Assembly (NCBI GenBank): GCA_045159875.1
Contig: CP067995.1
Location: 2,240,001-2,304,000, forward strand
Length of the DNA: 64,000 nt
From: a cyanobacterium endosymbiont of Rhopalodia gibba
Lineage (GTDB): Bacteria; Cyanobacteriota; Cyanobacteriia; Cyanobacteriales; Microcystaceae
Reading direction: 5' to 3'
The notes beneath the pieces are model-generated. The model saw nothing but the letters and a program-made list of their open reading frames with translations, searched no databases and had not been told where the DNA came from. This document shows positions 12,161 through 22,786 of the stretch, piece after piece (position 1 is the stretch's first letter; every line of letters begins with the position of its first letter). The position numbers and the translations under genes are program-made.

Positions 12161-12499
12161 AGATATATCTTTTCAGTTTTTTAAAGTTTTAAAAGTAAAT
12201 TTTTAATAATTTTTTCTTTTATAAGATATTTTTTTTATAAATTAATTTTGAAATTCAACAAAAGTATTTAAACTTTCTTTTACTTTATCTTTTTATTTTT
12301 TATCAAATCTCTTTAAGATGCTTTTTTTTAAAAATAATTTTAATTATAAATATTTTTTACTTCTTAAACACTTATTACTTGGCTTGGCTAAACTAATATA
12401 CAAAATTTTTTTTAGGTATGATTTTTGTCAAAATTATTTTATTAACAAGTGTTTTTATAACTAGATTTAGTCTTCCTAATTATCAATAAAATATAAAGC

Positions 12500-12733
12500 G
12501 AAAGTCTATAAAAATAATTGATTAAATTTTACTTTAAAAGCATTCTTTGATTGAAGTAGTCAATGATAAACTTAAACACATCTTTTAGATTAAACGTTTT
12601 AAAAATTGAAGTATTTAGAATTGTTTTAGTCTTTATTACTAGCAGTTGCTATTTTATATAATCGTCAACTTCGTCGTATTTTTACTTACATATTGAGAAT
12701 AACAACTATATCTTTAAATCTCATCAAACTAAC
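12500..12733 (+). mobile_element. IS982-family remnant (transposase 3' end plus right terminal repeat)
   Basis: ID*ILL*KHSLIEVVNDKLKHIF*IK (cf. DKILLRKRSLIETVNDQLKNISQIEH); ends in CTCATCAAACTAAC. Homologous to 20779-21210 and 54881-55242. Confidence 0.75.
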
Positions 12734-13067
12734 ACAGGAAGAAATTTAAAGTGATACAATGATTGTTTCTACCAGCAAACTAACAACCACAACAAACATT
12801 GGGATATTTACTTTTTCTAGAAAACTTCCTCAAGATAGAATGCAGAGAGTAGACTATGATATTTCCGATATCCTTATATGATGTATTACCAGAGAATATC
12901 GATGTTATCCTCCTATTCATGAAGCTGCTGCAATCATGTTACATTTGTGTCAGTCAGAATTATATAAATCTGCTGCTGGAAGCTGATCAAGAACTCTTAA
13001 AGGAGATACCAGTTAGAATTCTAGTCATTATTTCTCAGTAGTAACCTTGAAAAAAAATCAACTTTTC

Positions 13068-15197
13068 TTAAAACATAGGTTTAACCATCAAAACCACAGA
13101 GGAACGCCCTTGAACATGATAGCTGTTAGTTTTAACAGGATAAGCTGCATCCGATTTGCAGCAACTCTCGGATAAAGGTAACGCTGTGTCAATAATACAA
13201 TGCCAACATTCTCCGTGCTCTAAAATGGGCAATTCGAATTCCAGGGATTTCCAATAAGCATTCAGCATTACGTGCAGATATTCATCCGCATCGGGATGGC
13301 GCATACTAAAAGCCAAACAACGCGAATAGTAAGACCAGTCAGGGTGTCTTAATTTGGTTCCATGCCAACTAATCTGAGGATAATGAAGATTATTTACATA
13401 GGTGACTTCTAACCGTTGTTCTTGACGGAATAATTCTAACCCTTGGGTAAAGTGAATTAATTTTTTAACAAAACACCATAAATCAAATTGTCGATCCACA
13501 TCATCCCAATCAAACCAGCTCAATTCGTTATCCTGGCAATAAACATTATTATTTCCTTTGCAGGTTCGACTCACCTCATCTCCCATCAAAATCATTGGAG
13601 TTCCCTGGGAAATAAACAGAATGGTCAGAAAATTTTTAATCTGTTGTAACCGTAAGGCATTAATTCTAGAATTATCAGTCTTCCCTTCTACTCCACAATT
13701 CCAACTCAAGTTATCATTGCATCCATCGCAGTTATTTTCCCCATTGGCTTCATTATGCTTTTCATTATAGGAAACCAAGTCGTTAAGACTAAAGCCATCG
13801 TGACAGGTAACAAAGTTAATGCTACGGTTTGTGTCCATATCTATGCGGTGGTAAATATCGGGACTGCCTAGAATTCTTGCCGCTAAATAAGGAACCATTC
13901 CTAAATCTCCTTTTACAAAGCGGCGAATATCATCTCGAAATGGTCCATTCCACTCGGCAAACCAGTCTGCCCGTTCTATAAATCGACCTACATCATAGAG
14001 CCCAGCAGCATCCCAAGCTTCAGCAATAAGTTTGGTTCCCGCCAAGACAGGATCAGATTCGACTACCCATAATAAATCTAATGCTTGGCGATCTTTAATG
14101 GGAGTCCCACTAGCATCCCTAGTCAAAATTGAAGCCAAGTCAAAGCGAAATCCATCAACATGCATTTCTGATACCCAATAGTGCAGAGAGTCTAAAATTA
14201 AACGGGCAACAATGGGATGATTACCCCTAAAGGTATTACCACAACCGCTATAGTTTTTATAATGGGCTAAATTATCCGCTTCTAAAATATAATAAGTTGC
14301 ATTATCTATGCCCCGAAAACAAAGGGTCGGTCCTCGTTCGTCCCCCTCCGCAGTATGATTGAAAACTACATCTAAAATTACTTCGATTCCTGCTTTATGT
14401 AATGCTTTGACCATATCTCGAAATTCGTTAAGAGGTCCCATGGGACTTTTGTCAGAACTATAGATGCGGTGAGGAGTAAAAAAATTAATGGTACTATAAC
14501 CCCAATAATTTGTTAGTTCAGATCTAGCATCTTCAGAGTCAAAATAGTGAACCGGTAATAATTCAACCGCGGTAATGCCTAAGCTTTTGAGATAAGGAAT
14601 TTTTTCTATTAATCCGGCATAGGTTCCCCTTTTATCAGGTTTTACCCCAGAATTTGGATGATAGGTAAATCCTCTCACGTGCATTTCATAAATAATACTT
14701 TGAGAATAGGGAATGCGTAAGGGATGATCGTCTTCCCAGTCATAATTGCTATTGTCAATAACAACATTCCGTAAAGCTTGAGCACAATTGTCTCCGGCTT
14801 GTGAAGCAGCATTACGACTGTAGGTAGAAGATCCGATAATGGCTTTGCCATAGGGATCTAAAAGAACTTTATTCGCATCAAACCGATGACCACTTTCCGG
14901 TTCAAATGGACCATGAACCCGATAAGCGTAAACTTGTCCAGCTGTTAACCCAACTACGAAAATATGCCAATAGTAGTGGGTGCGGTTTGTTTGTGGTTTT
15001 AAAACTAGGACATCTGAGGGCTGAGGGGCGTTAGATTCCTTAAAAAGGAGCAATTCAACAATTGTGGCATGTTTGGAAAAAAGACAGAAATTAATGCCTT
15101 CTGGATAAACGGTAACACCAAGAGGGTGACTTTCGCCAGGTCGGGTATTGAGATCCATGGTGCAATTTATATCCCAGACGTTGTAGGAGTTACTCAC
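13068..15197 (-). CDS. glgX: Glycogen debranching enzyme / isoamylase (GH13)
   Basis: IIYEMHVRGFT, NYWGYST, VILDVVFNHTAEG, VDGFRFDLAS, KLIAEAWD, NFVTCHDGFSL, SQGTPMILMGDE. The real start is probably the Met of MDLNTRPG. Confidence 0.95.
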   Translation of the reverse strand: MSNSYNVWDINCTMDLNTRPGESHPLGVTVYPEGINFCLFSKHATIVELLLFKESNAPQPSDVLVLKPQTNRTHYYWHIFVVGLTAGQVYAYRVHGPFEPESGHRFDANKVLLDPYGKAIIGSSTYSRNAASQAGDNCAQALRNVVIDNSNYDWEDDHPLRIPYSQSIIYEMHVRGFTYHPNSGVKPDKRGTYAGLIEKIPYLKSLGITAVELLPVHYFDSEDARSELTNYWGYSTINFFTPHRIYSSDKSPMGPLNEFRDMVKALHKAGIEVILDVVFNHTAEGDERGPTLCFRGIDNATYYILEADNLAHYKNYSGCGNTFRGNHPIVARLILDSLHYWVSEMHVDGFRFDLASILTRDASGTPIKDRQALDLLWVVESDPVLAGTKLIAEAWDAAGLYDVGRFIERADWFAEWNGPFRDDIRRFVKGDLGMVPYLAARILGSPDIYHRIDMDTNRSINFVTCHDGFSLNDLVSYNEKHNEANGENNCDGCNDNLSWNCGVEGKTDNSRINALRLQQIKNFLTILFISQGTPMILMGDEVSRTCKGNNNVYCQDNELSWFDWDDVDRQFDLWCFVKKLIHFTQGLELFRQEQRLEVTYVNNLHYPQISWHGTKLRHPDWSYYSRCLAFSMRHPDADEYLHVMLNAYWKSLEFELPILEHGECWHCIIDTALPLSESCCKSDAAYPVKTNSYHVQGRSSVVLMVKPMF

Positions 15198-15470
15198 AGT
15201 TGGAAGTCTATCTTAAGTCTATAGGTGATTACTGTTTTGTTTAGTATCTTTTTAGATTAATAATCAAAATAGTTCAGACATCATTGGTAACAATTACCAA
15301 ATGATAAGGAATACCAGTTTTTATTAAACTAGTTTTTACCGAAAAGTACAAGTGTTAAGACACAGACTAAACTAAGACAACCTCTAATTGTGTCATCTAC
15401 TTTGATATACTGTAAATCGTAATATTTATTTCTCTTAAATTACTGAAAATACAATATGTTAACTAATTTT

Positions 15471-15492
15471 TCCCCTAGAAATAACTAGGGGA
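15471..15492 (-). terminator. Putative intrinsic terminator after sufE
   Basis: TCCCCTAG-aaataa-CTAGGGGA hairpin 6 nt past the stop codon. Confidence 0.5.
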
Positions 15493-15498
15493 GTATCC

Positions 15499-15939
15499 CT
15501 ATGCTGATGTTTCTGCTTGTAATTCTAGAGCCTTCTTTTTCATTAGTTGGAAGATATTATAAAATCCATTGGCACGGGAAGGAGTGAGGCTAACTTTTAA
15601 CCCTGTATCTTCAATAAAATCAGGAGTGACTTGTAAAATTTCAGCTGGTGGCAAACCATTTAACCCCTCAACCAGAAAAGCAACTAACCCTTTGACCAAT
15701 TGAGCATCAGAATCTCCCTGGTACCAAACCTTACCATCTTTCAGATTAGCAGTAATGTAAACTTGAGACACACAGCCTTGAACTTTATTTTTGGGTATTT
15801 TATGCTCTTCTGGCATTGATTCTAGTTTTTTGGCATACCACAGCAATTGTTCATAGCGTTTTTTGGGATCAGAACGCTGTTTAAATTTCTGGACAATCGC
15901 ATCAAGGTTGGGGGGTAACGAGATTGGGAATGATGACAT
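15499..15939 (-). CDS. sufE: Fe-S cluster assembly sulfur acceptor SufE
   Basis: RYEQLLWYAKKL, NKVQGCVSQVY, GDSDAQLVKGL, SLTPSRANGF. Start set at ATG 15939. Confidence 0.93.
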   Translation of the reverse strand: MSSFPISLPPNLDAIVQKFKQRSDPKKRYEQLLWYAKKLESMPEEHKIPKNKVQGCVSQVYITANLKDGKVWYQGDSDAQLVKGLVAFLVEGLNGLPPAEILQVTPDFIEDTGLKVSLTPSRANGFYNIFQLMKKKALELQAETSA

Positions 15940-16358
15940 AATTCTAGCTTTTAAGTAGTAAACGTTATTTACATTAAATCTCACTATAATTATGCCACTT
16001 ACTTCTGAGAACCTATAATAATAAATTAATTAGAGCACACAGTTTCTAAACCTCTTATGAGAGATGAATAATCTTAATTTTTATTAAAAAAAATTTAGAA
16101 AAATTTAACTTAGAATATATAGATTTAAAGCTTGATTTTAAAAAATTTTATGCACTAGAGATAATAAAATCTTCTCAGTATTTTTTCGATTTCTTTGCAG
16201 GGAGATAATAAGACCTTGTATGCTAAACACATGCAGGACTGTGGGTTGCAGAAATACCTCAATATCTTCTTAAGAGAAGATATTGAGAAGCTAGGGTTCG
16301 TCGAGATGCTCCATCTTAACAAAATAGGCTGTAAGTATTTTATGGATAAATAATTATT

Positions 16359-16739
16359 ATGTCGAGAAGAAAAAAGCTCTTTCCCTGTGGTCATAAAGGA
16401 TACGGTCAACGGTGTCACCGATGTGCTCAAGTTAAAGTTGCCTGGGAACGAAAAAAACAAGAAAAAAATGATTGGGAAGACAAGTTCGATAAAGATCCCA
16501 TTGATTTGAGAACCCTACCTAGAAATGTTGTTCTTAAAGCCCGCAAAATTCTTAAAGATTTAGCCAATAGAAAAAATTATAGGGAATTTCATGGGAAGCG
16601 ACTTAGACATGATCGTTTTGTCATTAGTATACCTGTAACACGACATTACCGTTTAATTTGTCGTGATCAGGGAAATTTACTAGTCCCAGAAGCGGTCATT
16701 TCCCATGAAGAGTATAATATCTGTAAGCCTGGCCATTGA
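16359..16739 (+). CDS. Conserved cyanobacterial hypothetical protein with N-terminal Cys/His (zinc-binding-like) motif
   Basis: 126-aa ORF with FPCGHKGYGQRCHRC and C-terminal ISIPVTRHYRLI...ISHEEYN; co-oriented with the desulfurase. Confidence 0.75.
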   Translation: MSRRKKLFPCGHKGYGQRCHRCAQVKVAWERKKQEKNDWEDKFDKDPIDLRTLPRNVVLKARKILKDLANRKNYREFHGKRLRHDRFVISIPVTRHYRLICRDQGNLLVPEAVISHEEYNICKPGH

Positions 16740-16837
16740 TACACAATAAATATAGAAATTTTTTTAAAATCGCTCTGATTGTTTAATCTTCAAGTCAGCT
16801 TTTCGTTTTGCTTCCGACTATTCACTCTGGTGAAATA

Positions 16838-18037
16838 ATGCAAATTTATCTTGACTACAGTGCAACCACGCCCCCTCGCCTAGAGGTGATAACTAAAGTT
16901 CAGGAAATTATAAGACATCAGTGGGGGAATCCTTCAAGTTTGCATACTTGGGGACAGCGGACGGCTACTATTGTCGAAACTGCTCGATGTCAAGTAGCAA
17001 GTTTAATTAATGCTCCTAATGTTGACTCCATTATTTTTACATCAGGAGGTACAGAAGCGGATAACTTGGCTTTGTGGGGAATAGCCAAACAATATTCTAC
17101 TCCCCAACATTTAATTATTTCATCAGTTGAACATTCTGCTATCTCAGAAACTGCTAGACTTTTGAACCAAAGAGGATGGCAAGTGACAACATTATCTGTT
17201 AACCATCAAGGACGAGTTAATCCGTTAGAGCTTAAAGAGGCCATTCGACCAAATACAGTACTTGTTTCTATTATCTACGGACAAAGTGAGGTGGGAACAA
17301 TACAACCGATTAAAGAATTGGCACAAATTGCTCGTTCGTTGGGGGCACTTTTCCATACCGATGCAGTACAAGTAGCCGGTAGATTACCCTTAGATGTACA
17401 GAGTTTAGAGGTAGATTTATTATCTCTCTCAGGGCACAAAATTTATGGAATTCAAGGGGCAGGAGCCTTATATGTGCGTCCAGGGGTAGAAATTTCTCCT
17501 TTATTGGGAGGTGGAGGACAAGAAAAAGGGTTAAGGTCAGGAACCCAAGCTGTTCCAGCTATTGCCGGGTTGGGAGTCGCCGCTGAATTAGCTGCCTCAG
17601 AAATGAAAGAGGAAATCCCCCGCGTGACGCGATTACGCGACCGCCTTTTTGATCTGATGGCTGACTGTCCTTACTTAATTCCTACAGGTGACAGATTACA
17701 TCGTCTACCTCACCATGTCAGTTTCATTGTAACCGAGCCATCAAGCAATGATAACCTAGAGCAAATAACTGGGCAAACTATCGTTCGTCAGCTTAATTTA
17801 GCTGGAATTGGGATTAGTGCAGGTTCGGCCTGTCATAGTGGAAAATTAAGTCCTAGTCCAATTTTATTAGCCATGGGTTATTCTAGGAAAGAAGGATTAA
17901 GGGGAATTCGACTTACCTTAGGACGGGGAATTACCTCAGAAGACATTGAATGGACTGCCATAGTCCTGAAACAGATTCTTAATCGATTACTTACTGCAAC
18001 CATTGACTTTGGTGATACATTAATTCTATCGAATTAA
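16838..18037 (+). CDS. Cysteine desulfurase (IscS/NifS family)
   Basis: IYLDYSATTP, GNPSSLH, IIFTSGGTEADN, HTDAVQ, PLP lysine in SGHK, RSGT, catalytic SAGSAC. Start set at ATG 16838. Confidence 0.93.
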   Translation: MQIYLDYSATTPPRLEVITKVQEIIRHQWGNPSSLHTWGQRTATIVETARCQVASLINAPNVDSIIFTSGGTEADNLALWGIAKQYSTPQHLIISSVEHSAISETARLLNQRGWQVTTLSVNHQGRVNPLELKEAIRPNTVLVSIIYGQSEVGTIQPIKELAQIARSLGALFHTDAVQVAGRLPLDVQSLEVDLLSLSGHKIYGIQGAGALYVRPGVEISPLLGGGGQEKGLRSGTQAVPAIAGLGVAAELAASEMKEEIPRVTRLRDRLFDLMADCPYLIPTGDRLHRLPHHVSFIVTEPSSNDNLEQITGQTIVRQLNLAGIGISAGSACHSGKLSPSPILLAMGYSRKEGLRGIRLTLGRGITSEDIEWTAIVLKQILNRLLTATIDFGDTLILSN

Positions 18038-18146
18038 TGTCTGAGAGTGGTAGTTTTTTTTACTATAAATACGGAGACTCATAATGCATCCATAAAAAGA
18101 TAGTTGTTATCTTGTTATCAATTTACTGGTTAACAGTCAATGTTTT

Positions 18147-19412
18147 ATGTCAAAAATCCCTAAATCTCATTCCTTCAACGAAACTCCGGACCGTTTGGCA
18201 GAGTCAAATAGCCAAAAAAACACCTCTTCTAGTACAATGGGGACAACTTTTTCCTCTAATTCGTCGACTCTACATTCTATCGCACAACCTCAACCCTTAT
18301 ATCTGTACGAAGTGAAATCTTCTAACCCTTGGTTACTTTTAAGCGCAGCAGCAATTATGGGACTAGGATTAGGATTTAATATTTCTTGGCTAGGATTTTC
18401 GGCGGGAGTTTTTGCTTTATTGCTATCTTTACAAACTATTTTGCCGTCGATCCGAGATTGGGTGATTCAATATTTAACTCCCCAAGAACGTGACACTTTG
18501 CTCGGATTTTTGGTGTTTATCCTGGCGATTACTGGACTAGCAAAATATGTTGGTTTTTATCAAAAAGTTGGAGATTGGCTTAATCAGTTTAAATATGATG
18601 AATTTGGCTCCTGGGCTGAATGGGTAGGAGCATTGGGTCAAATTATGATTGCCTTACTTGCAGTTTATATCGCCTGGGCTCAGTATGTCATTTCCAAAGA
18701 TTTAACCATCCAGCAAAACCGTATTACTCAACAACAAACTATTGATACCTACTTTCAAGGAATCTCTGATCTAGTTCTTAATGAAGAAGGAATGCTTGAA
18801 GATTGGCCGCAAGAACGTTCTATTGCTGAAGGGAGAACGGCAGCTATTCTCAGTAGTGTTGATGAAGTAGGAAAAGCAAAAATTCTGCGTTTTCTGTCAC
18901 AATCAAAATTATTAACCCCCTTAATGAGAGATAGTCGTTTGGGTCGACCTATACTTGATGGTTTTGGAGGATACTCTGAAGATCGAGCTCATGGAGTACG
19001 AGTGATTAGTTTAGGGGTAATGTTAGCAGGGACAAATTTATCGGGACAAGATCTACGCTGGACAGATTTAAGTGAAGCTAATATGGTACGTGCCGATTTA
19101 AGTTGGTGCGATCTTGTCAAAGCCAATTTATCCCGAACTGTTCTTTATGATGCCAGCTTAAAAGGGTCAAATCTTAAAGAGACTCGTTTGTTTTATGGCT
19201 CTGTCGAGACTGCCAGTCCCCGTTCGCGTAGCTTTCCCCCTAATTACGAAACGGGGGCTTATACAGGGGTCGTCCTGGAGAATTGCAATCTGATGGCAAT
19301 CCAAAATCTCACTGAAGAACAGCGTTATTACTGCTGTGCTTGGGGAGGAGAGAAAACTCGTGCAACTATATCAGGGGGATGTTACGAGATTCCCAACAAA
19401 TTAGAGCGGTAA
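18147..19412 (+). CDS. Membrane-anchored pentapeptide repeat protein
   Basis: N-terminal TM helices; C-terminal A(D/N)Lxx repeats (TNLSGQDLRWTDLSEANMVRADLSWCDLVKANLSRT). Confidence 0.88.
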   Translation: MSKIPKSHSFNETPDRLAESNSQKNTSSSTMGTTFSSNSSTLHSIAQPQPLYLYEVKSSNPWLLLSAAAIMGLGLGFNISWLGFSAGVFALLLSLQTILPSIRDWVIQYLTPQERDTLLGFLVFILAITGLAKYVGFYQKVGDWLNQFKYDEFGSWAEWVGALGQIMIALLAVYIAWAQYVISKDLTIQQNRITQQQTIDTYFQGISDLVLNEEGMLEDWPQERSIAEGRTAAILSSVDEVGKAKILRFLSQSKLLTPLMRDSRLGRPILDGFGGYSEDRAHGVRVISLGVMLAGTNLSGQDLRWTDLSEANMVRADLSWCDLVKANLSRTVLYDASLKGSNLKETRLFYGSVETASPRSRSFPPNYETGAYTGVVLENCNLMAIQNLTEEQRYYCCAWGGEKTRATISGGCYEIPNKLER

Positions 19413-19744
19413 ACTACCCCACTTTCTCTGCTTGAAGTTGAGACTTCCAATCGAATTGAAGATTGGGTTTAAGAGATAAGAAATATTACTCTCTAGTCCT
19501 CTCACACCTCCTCCATTAGACGTAGGAGTAGTTTTTAATTACAATTCCGTAAGCCTATCTTCATTTATAATGTTTACCAATTCATGTTTTAGTTTATGAT
19601 CAATATAGTAATATTCATAAGTACAGTTTCTAAACTAAAGAAGTAAGTTACCAACATAATTTAGATATATATGACAAGTTTCAGGGCTAGATTACCACAC
19701 TCTCTTAAAAAATCACAGAAAATTTAACTTATTATCATTGATTA

Positions 19745-20050
19745 AATTTTTAATTCATTTTTTCATTTGATTGACAATCTTACAAAGATGCTGCAAGACT
19801 TCTTCTAATTCAATAAATATTCTTCAATATTTATTGAATTAATATTTATCTGCTAATGTCTATAATCTTTTTTCTGACTCTAACTATAAAAAGTAAACAA
19901 ATAAATATTTTCTAGTAGTTCTTAAAAAAATTTTTATTATTTTACTGTTAAAATATCCGCCATATTCTCTTCTTGATTCTCTTGAAAAGTTCTTTTTAGA
20001 TAGCCCTATACTTTTATGAAAATATCTGTAAACTAAATTCAGTAATTTTA
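19745..20050 (-). mobile_element. IS630-family transposase C-terminal remnant nested in tnpB
   Basis: RL*TLADKY*FNKY..IELEEVLQHLCKIVNQMKNE (cf. AERLWTLADEPLVN..IDELEEVL..RC). Confidence 0.65.
19806..19841. repeat. Perfect inverted repeat, 16-bp arms, 4-nt loop
   Basis: TAATTCAATAAATATT-cttc-AATATTTATTGAATTA. Confidence 0.9.
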
Positions 20051-20778
20051 TATTCACTCTTAAACTTTAATCTTAAAAAAATCCTATAGCTAGTTATTCT
20101 ACAAGTATTATATATACTACTTAAGGGTTTTATTAATATTTGCTTAAACTTCAGTTAATGCCTATCAAAAAATATATATATATTCAGATTATGTGTATAT
20201 TCCTTCAGTCTCTTAAGTTTTAAAAGCAAATTTTAAATTTTTCTGTATTTAAAAAATTAAGCTTTTAAAGTAATACTTTTCTCACTTTTTCTATTTTTCA
20301 CGTAATTTTTATTTTTGTTTAATAAGCTGTTTTAATCTCCATTGATTTTGCTTAATTTATTAGTATTAATTTTAATTAATAAATATTTTTTGTACTAATA
20401 GTTTTCATCTCTTATTAAAATTAAATATTTATTTTTAATATTATTAAATTTATTCCTTTGGGCTATAAATAAGGTTTTTTTATAGTAAATGCACTATCTT
20501 TCAGTACCCATAGTTAAGATATTTTTTAAAAAAAATACTATAGTTTTTTTTACATAATTTTTACTTTATTTAGATACTTATTTTTTAATTCAAGCCAACT
20601 AATATGCAGAGCTAAATTAATTTTTTTAGTCCTTTTTTTCTAGATTGTTTACATCATATCATTAGTGTTTTTTTATAAATTAATTTAATATGACTACCTT
20701 TTTCTTGATGAGATGATTGTTGTTGTACACAATGCAGGCTGCATTGATGTTTGACTAAATGCTTCGACCTACCAAATT

Positions 20779-21210
20779 GTAAGTTTGACGGAAATTTACG
20801 GATAAGAAAGAGAAGCAGTAGTCTTGTGCTAGAAACAGTATTTGTTGAAGTCTGATGCTATGAATATAAAATATCATATAGAGCTTACTCAAGTCTTTTT
20901 TTATATATAACAGTTTTCATTTAAATAGATTAAAGGAAAAAACAAAAAAGTCAAACCGTTGACGACTAACTCAAATATATCTCTTAGATTAAATATTTAA
21001 GAAATCAAAGTATTTAGAACTGTTTTATTAACCTTCTTGCTCGATTGATTACTTATACCTATTTGACTAAAAAATATTTTCTCTGTTTAGAAATTTACCT
21101 CACATCTTGTTGTTTTTAAACAACAATTGCAGTCTTGACTGTCAATGGTCACTATTTTCAATAATCGTTAACTTTGTCGTATCTTAACTAAGACGTTTAT
21201 AATAACAACT
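20779..21210 (+). mobile_element. Internally deleted IS982-family element inserted in tnpB
   Basis: Starts GTAAGTTTGACG (terminal repeat). Contains QTVDD*LKYIS*IKYLRNQSI*NCFINLLARLITYTYLTKK (cf. ETVNDQLKNISQIEHSRHRS..NLLAGLIAY...KKPS). Confidence 0.78.
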
Positions 21211-22786
21211 GCAACAGAATAGTTTTATGCTCTTTATTGCTTTCTAATGCTTGAAGAGACGATTGACAAAACTATAATTAACTTGAAAACGCTGAGCTAA
21301 AAATACTTTTTATTATGTTCAGATAATAACTTCTGAATAGCTTACTTTAATTGTTATTTTTCTATTTTCTGATAATTTTTATGACATAAACCTACGAAAT
21401 AATCCTAATAACACCTATAAATGCCCAAAATACTTGGATAAGGCTACCTGCTCCTCAGTATTTGGATAAATTCGATATTTATCTTTGTATATTATGATCA
21501 TAAACTGGGGTGAGTGTACCCTAGAACAAGGCAGAAAAAGTGAATGCTGTTCATGCAGAACATCCCTAATCTGTGGAGGATGAGAAAATCTTAGTCGACA
21601 TTACGTTAAAATTAGCCGGTTATGTAATATTAAATATTACAAGAAATCTGTTAGTGTTTAAGTTATTTCCATGGACATTCTCAACAATGCAGAAATTCTA
21701 AGATCTACTTAATGGTAAGGAGTTTTAACCATAGTTAACTTACTTTTAATGATTTTATCCTTTTTTCTCGTTGAAAGGTTCGTTTTCGCCTAGTGAGAAT
21801 TGCTAGGTTTATGCTAGTGTTAACTATAGGATTGTTGGGCTTGGGATTAAGATTATCAACTCGTCCCGAAATCTCTGGAGAGGTTTGCTTTTCCCGTATT
21901 TACAATAATGGAGCCAATTAAATATTCACTAATGTTACCTAACCAATTACTAAATTTTATTAGAAGCAACCTAAAAACAAGTAGCTAATAATTACTTTTC
22001 CCATAGAAGAGCCGCTATAGATAACAATGATTGTTTAAATATTCAAGTGCGTACTTTTTTAAATCTTGGATTGGGTTGATCTAGTCCTTTATATCTCGAA
22101 GAAGTTAAAGAATTTGAACGACATTGTCATTTTGTTCCTCAATTGACAGCATTTTTAAAAAATATGCTATTCTAGTTCATGTTTTTACTTCAACTGTTTG
22201 CGTTAGCGTTGTTCTCTATTAGAATTATTCGAGTACATTCAATCAGGTTGGATATTTTAGACCCAGTTTTTTCTGTAATAAAGATAATTTCACTCTAGCC
22301 TAATTAGTCAGTAAATAGTCACAAGGAAATATGTTAGCTTGGGATTATGTCTACCACAAATGTTAATTAGCGCAATTTTTATATTTCCTATAATGTGAAG
22401 CGTTCGTCACGGTTCAATGACTTGCGCCTGCAATTTAAACTAATGAGTGCGCTCACTAATTCAAGGAAAATTGCTGATAAATCGACAAAACTTGAATGTT
22501 ATGTTAAAGGTATTTGGATGTAGTTAGTTATGTTTTCTACTTAATTTATTACGTAGGTAGAACAATGGAGGATTAATCAACACAGGTCAAAAACCTATCT
22601 TGACTGGGTGTTTGGTAAAGATCCCCAACGGTCTATCAATTTGGCGAAGTTAACAATGATGGTTATGAGAATAAAAATATGTACATTTGAACAATCAACA
22701 ATACAATGCTGTGCTACTTTGTTTAAAAAAATTAAATAATTAAAGTTTTGACATTGAGTTATAGAGCTATGTTTCTATTCTAGATT

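Larger units (their letters stand above)
19409..21490 (-). mobile_element. tnpB: IS200/IS605-family tnpB pseudogene with right end, carrying nested IS630 and IS982 debris
   Basis: KYRIYPNTEEQVALSKYFG at 21480-21425 (OrfB HTH), KHLVKHQCSL..QQQSSHQEKGS near 20730, SSPETCHIYLNYVGNLLL*FRNCT (cf. SSKTCHVCLNQVGSLPLDVRSWTC) near 19680. Right end ...GTGGGGTAGTTTAC terminates at 19409. Confidence 0.82.

Noticed and set aside
12760..13045. Possible membrane-protein remnant downstream of glgX (and ORF 12856-13041)
   Set aside because: Too degraded to assign; no diagnostic motif.
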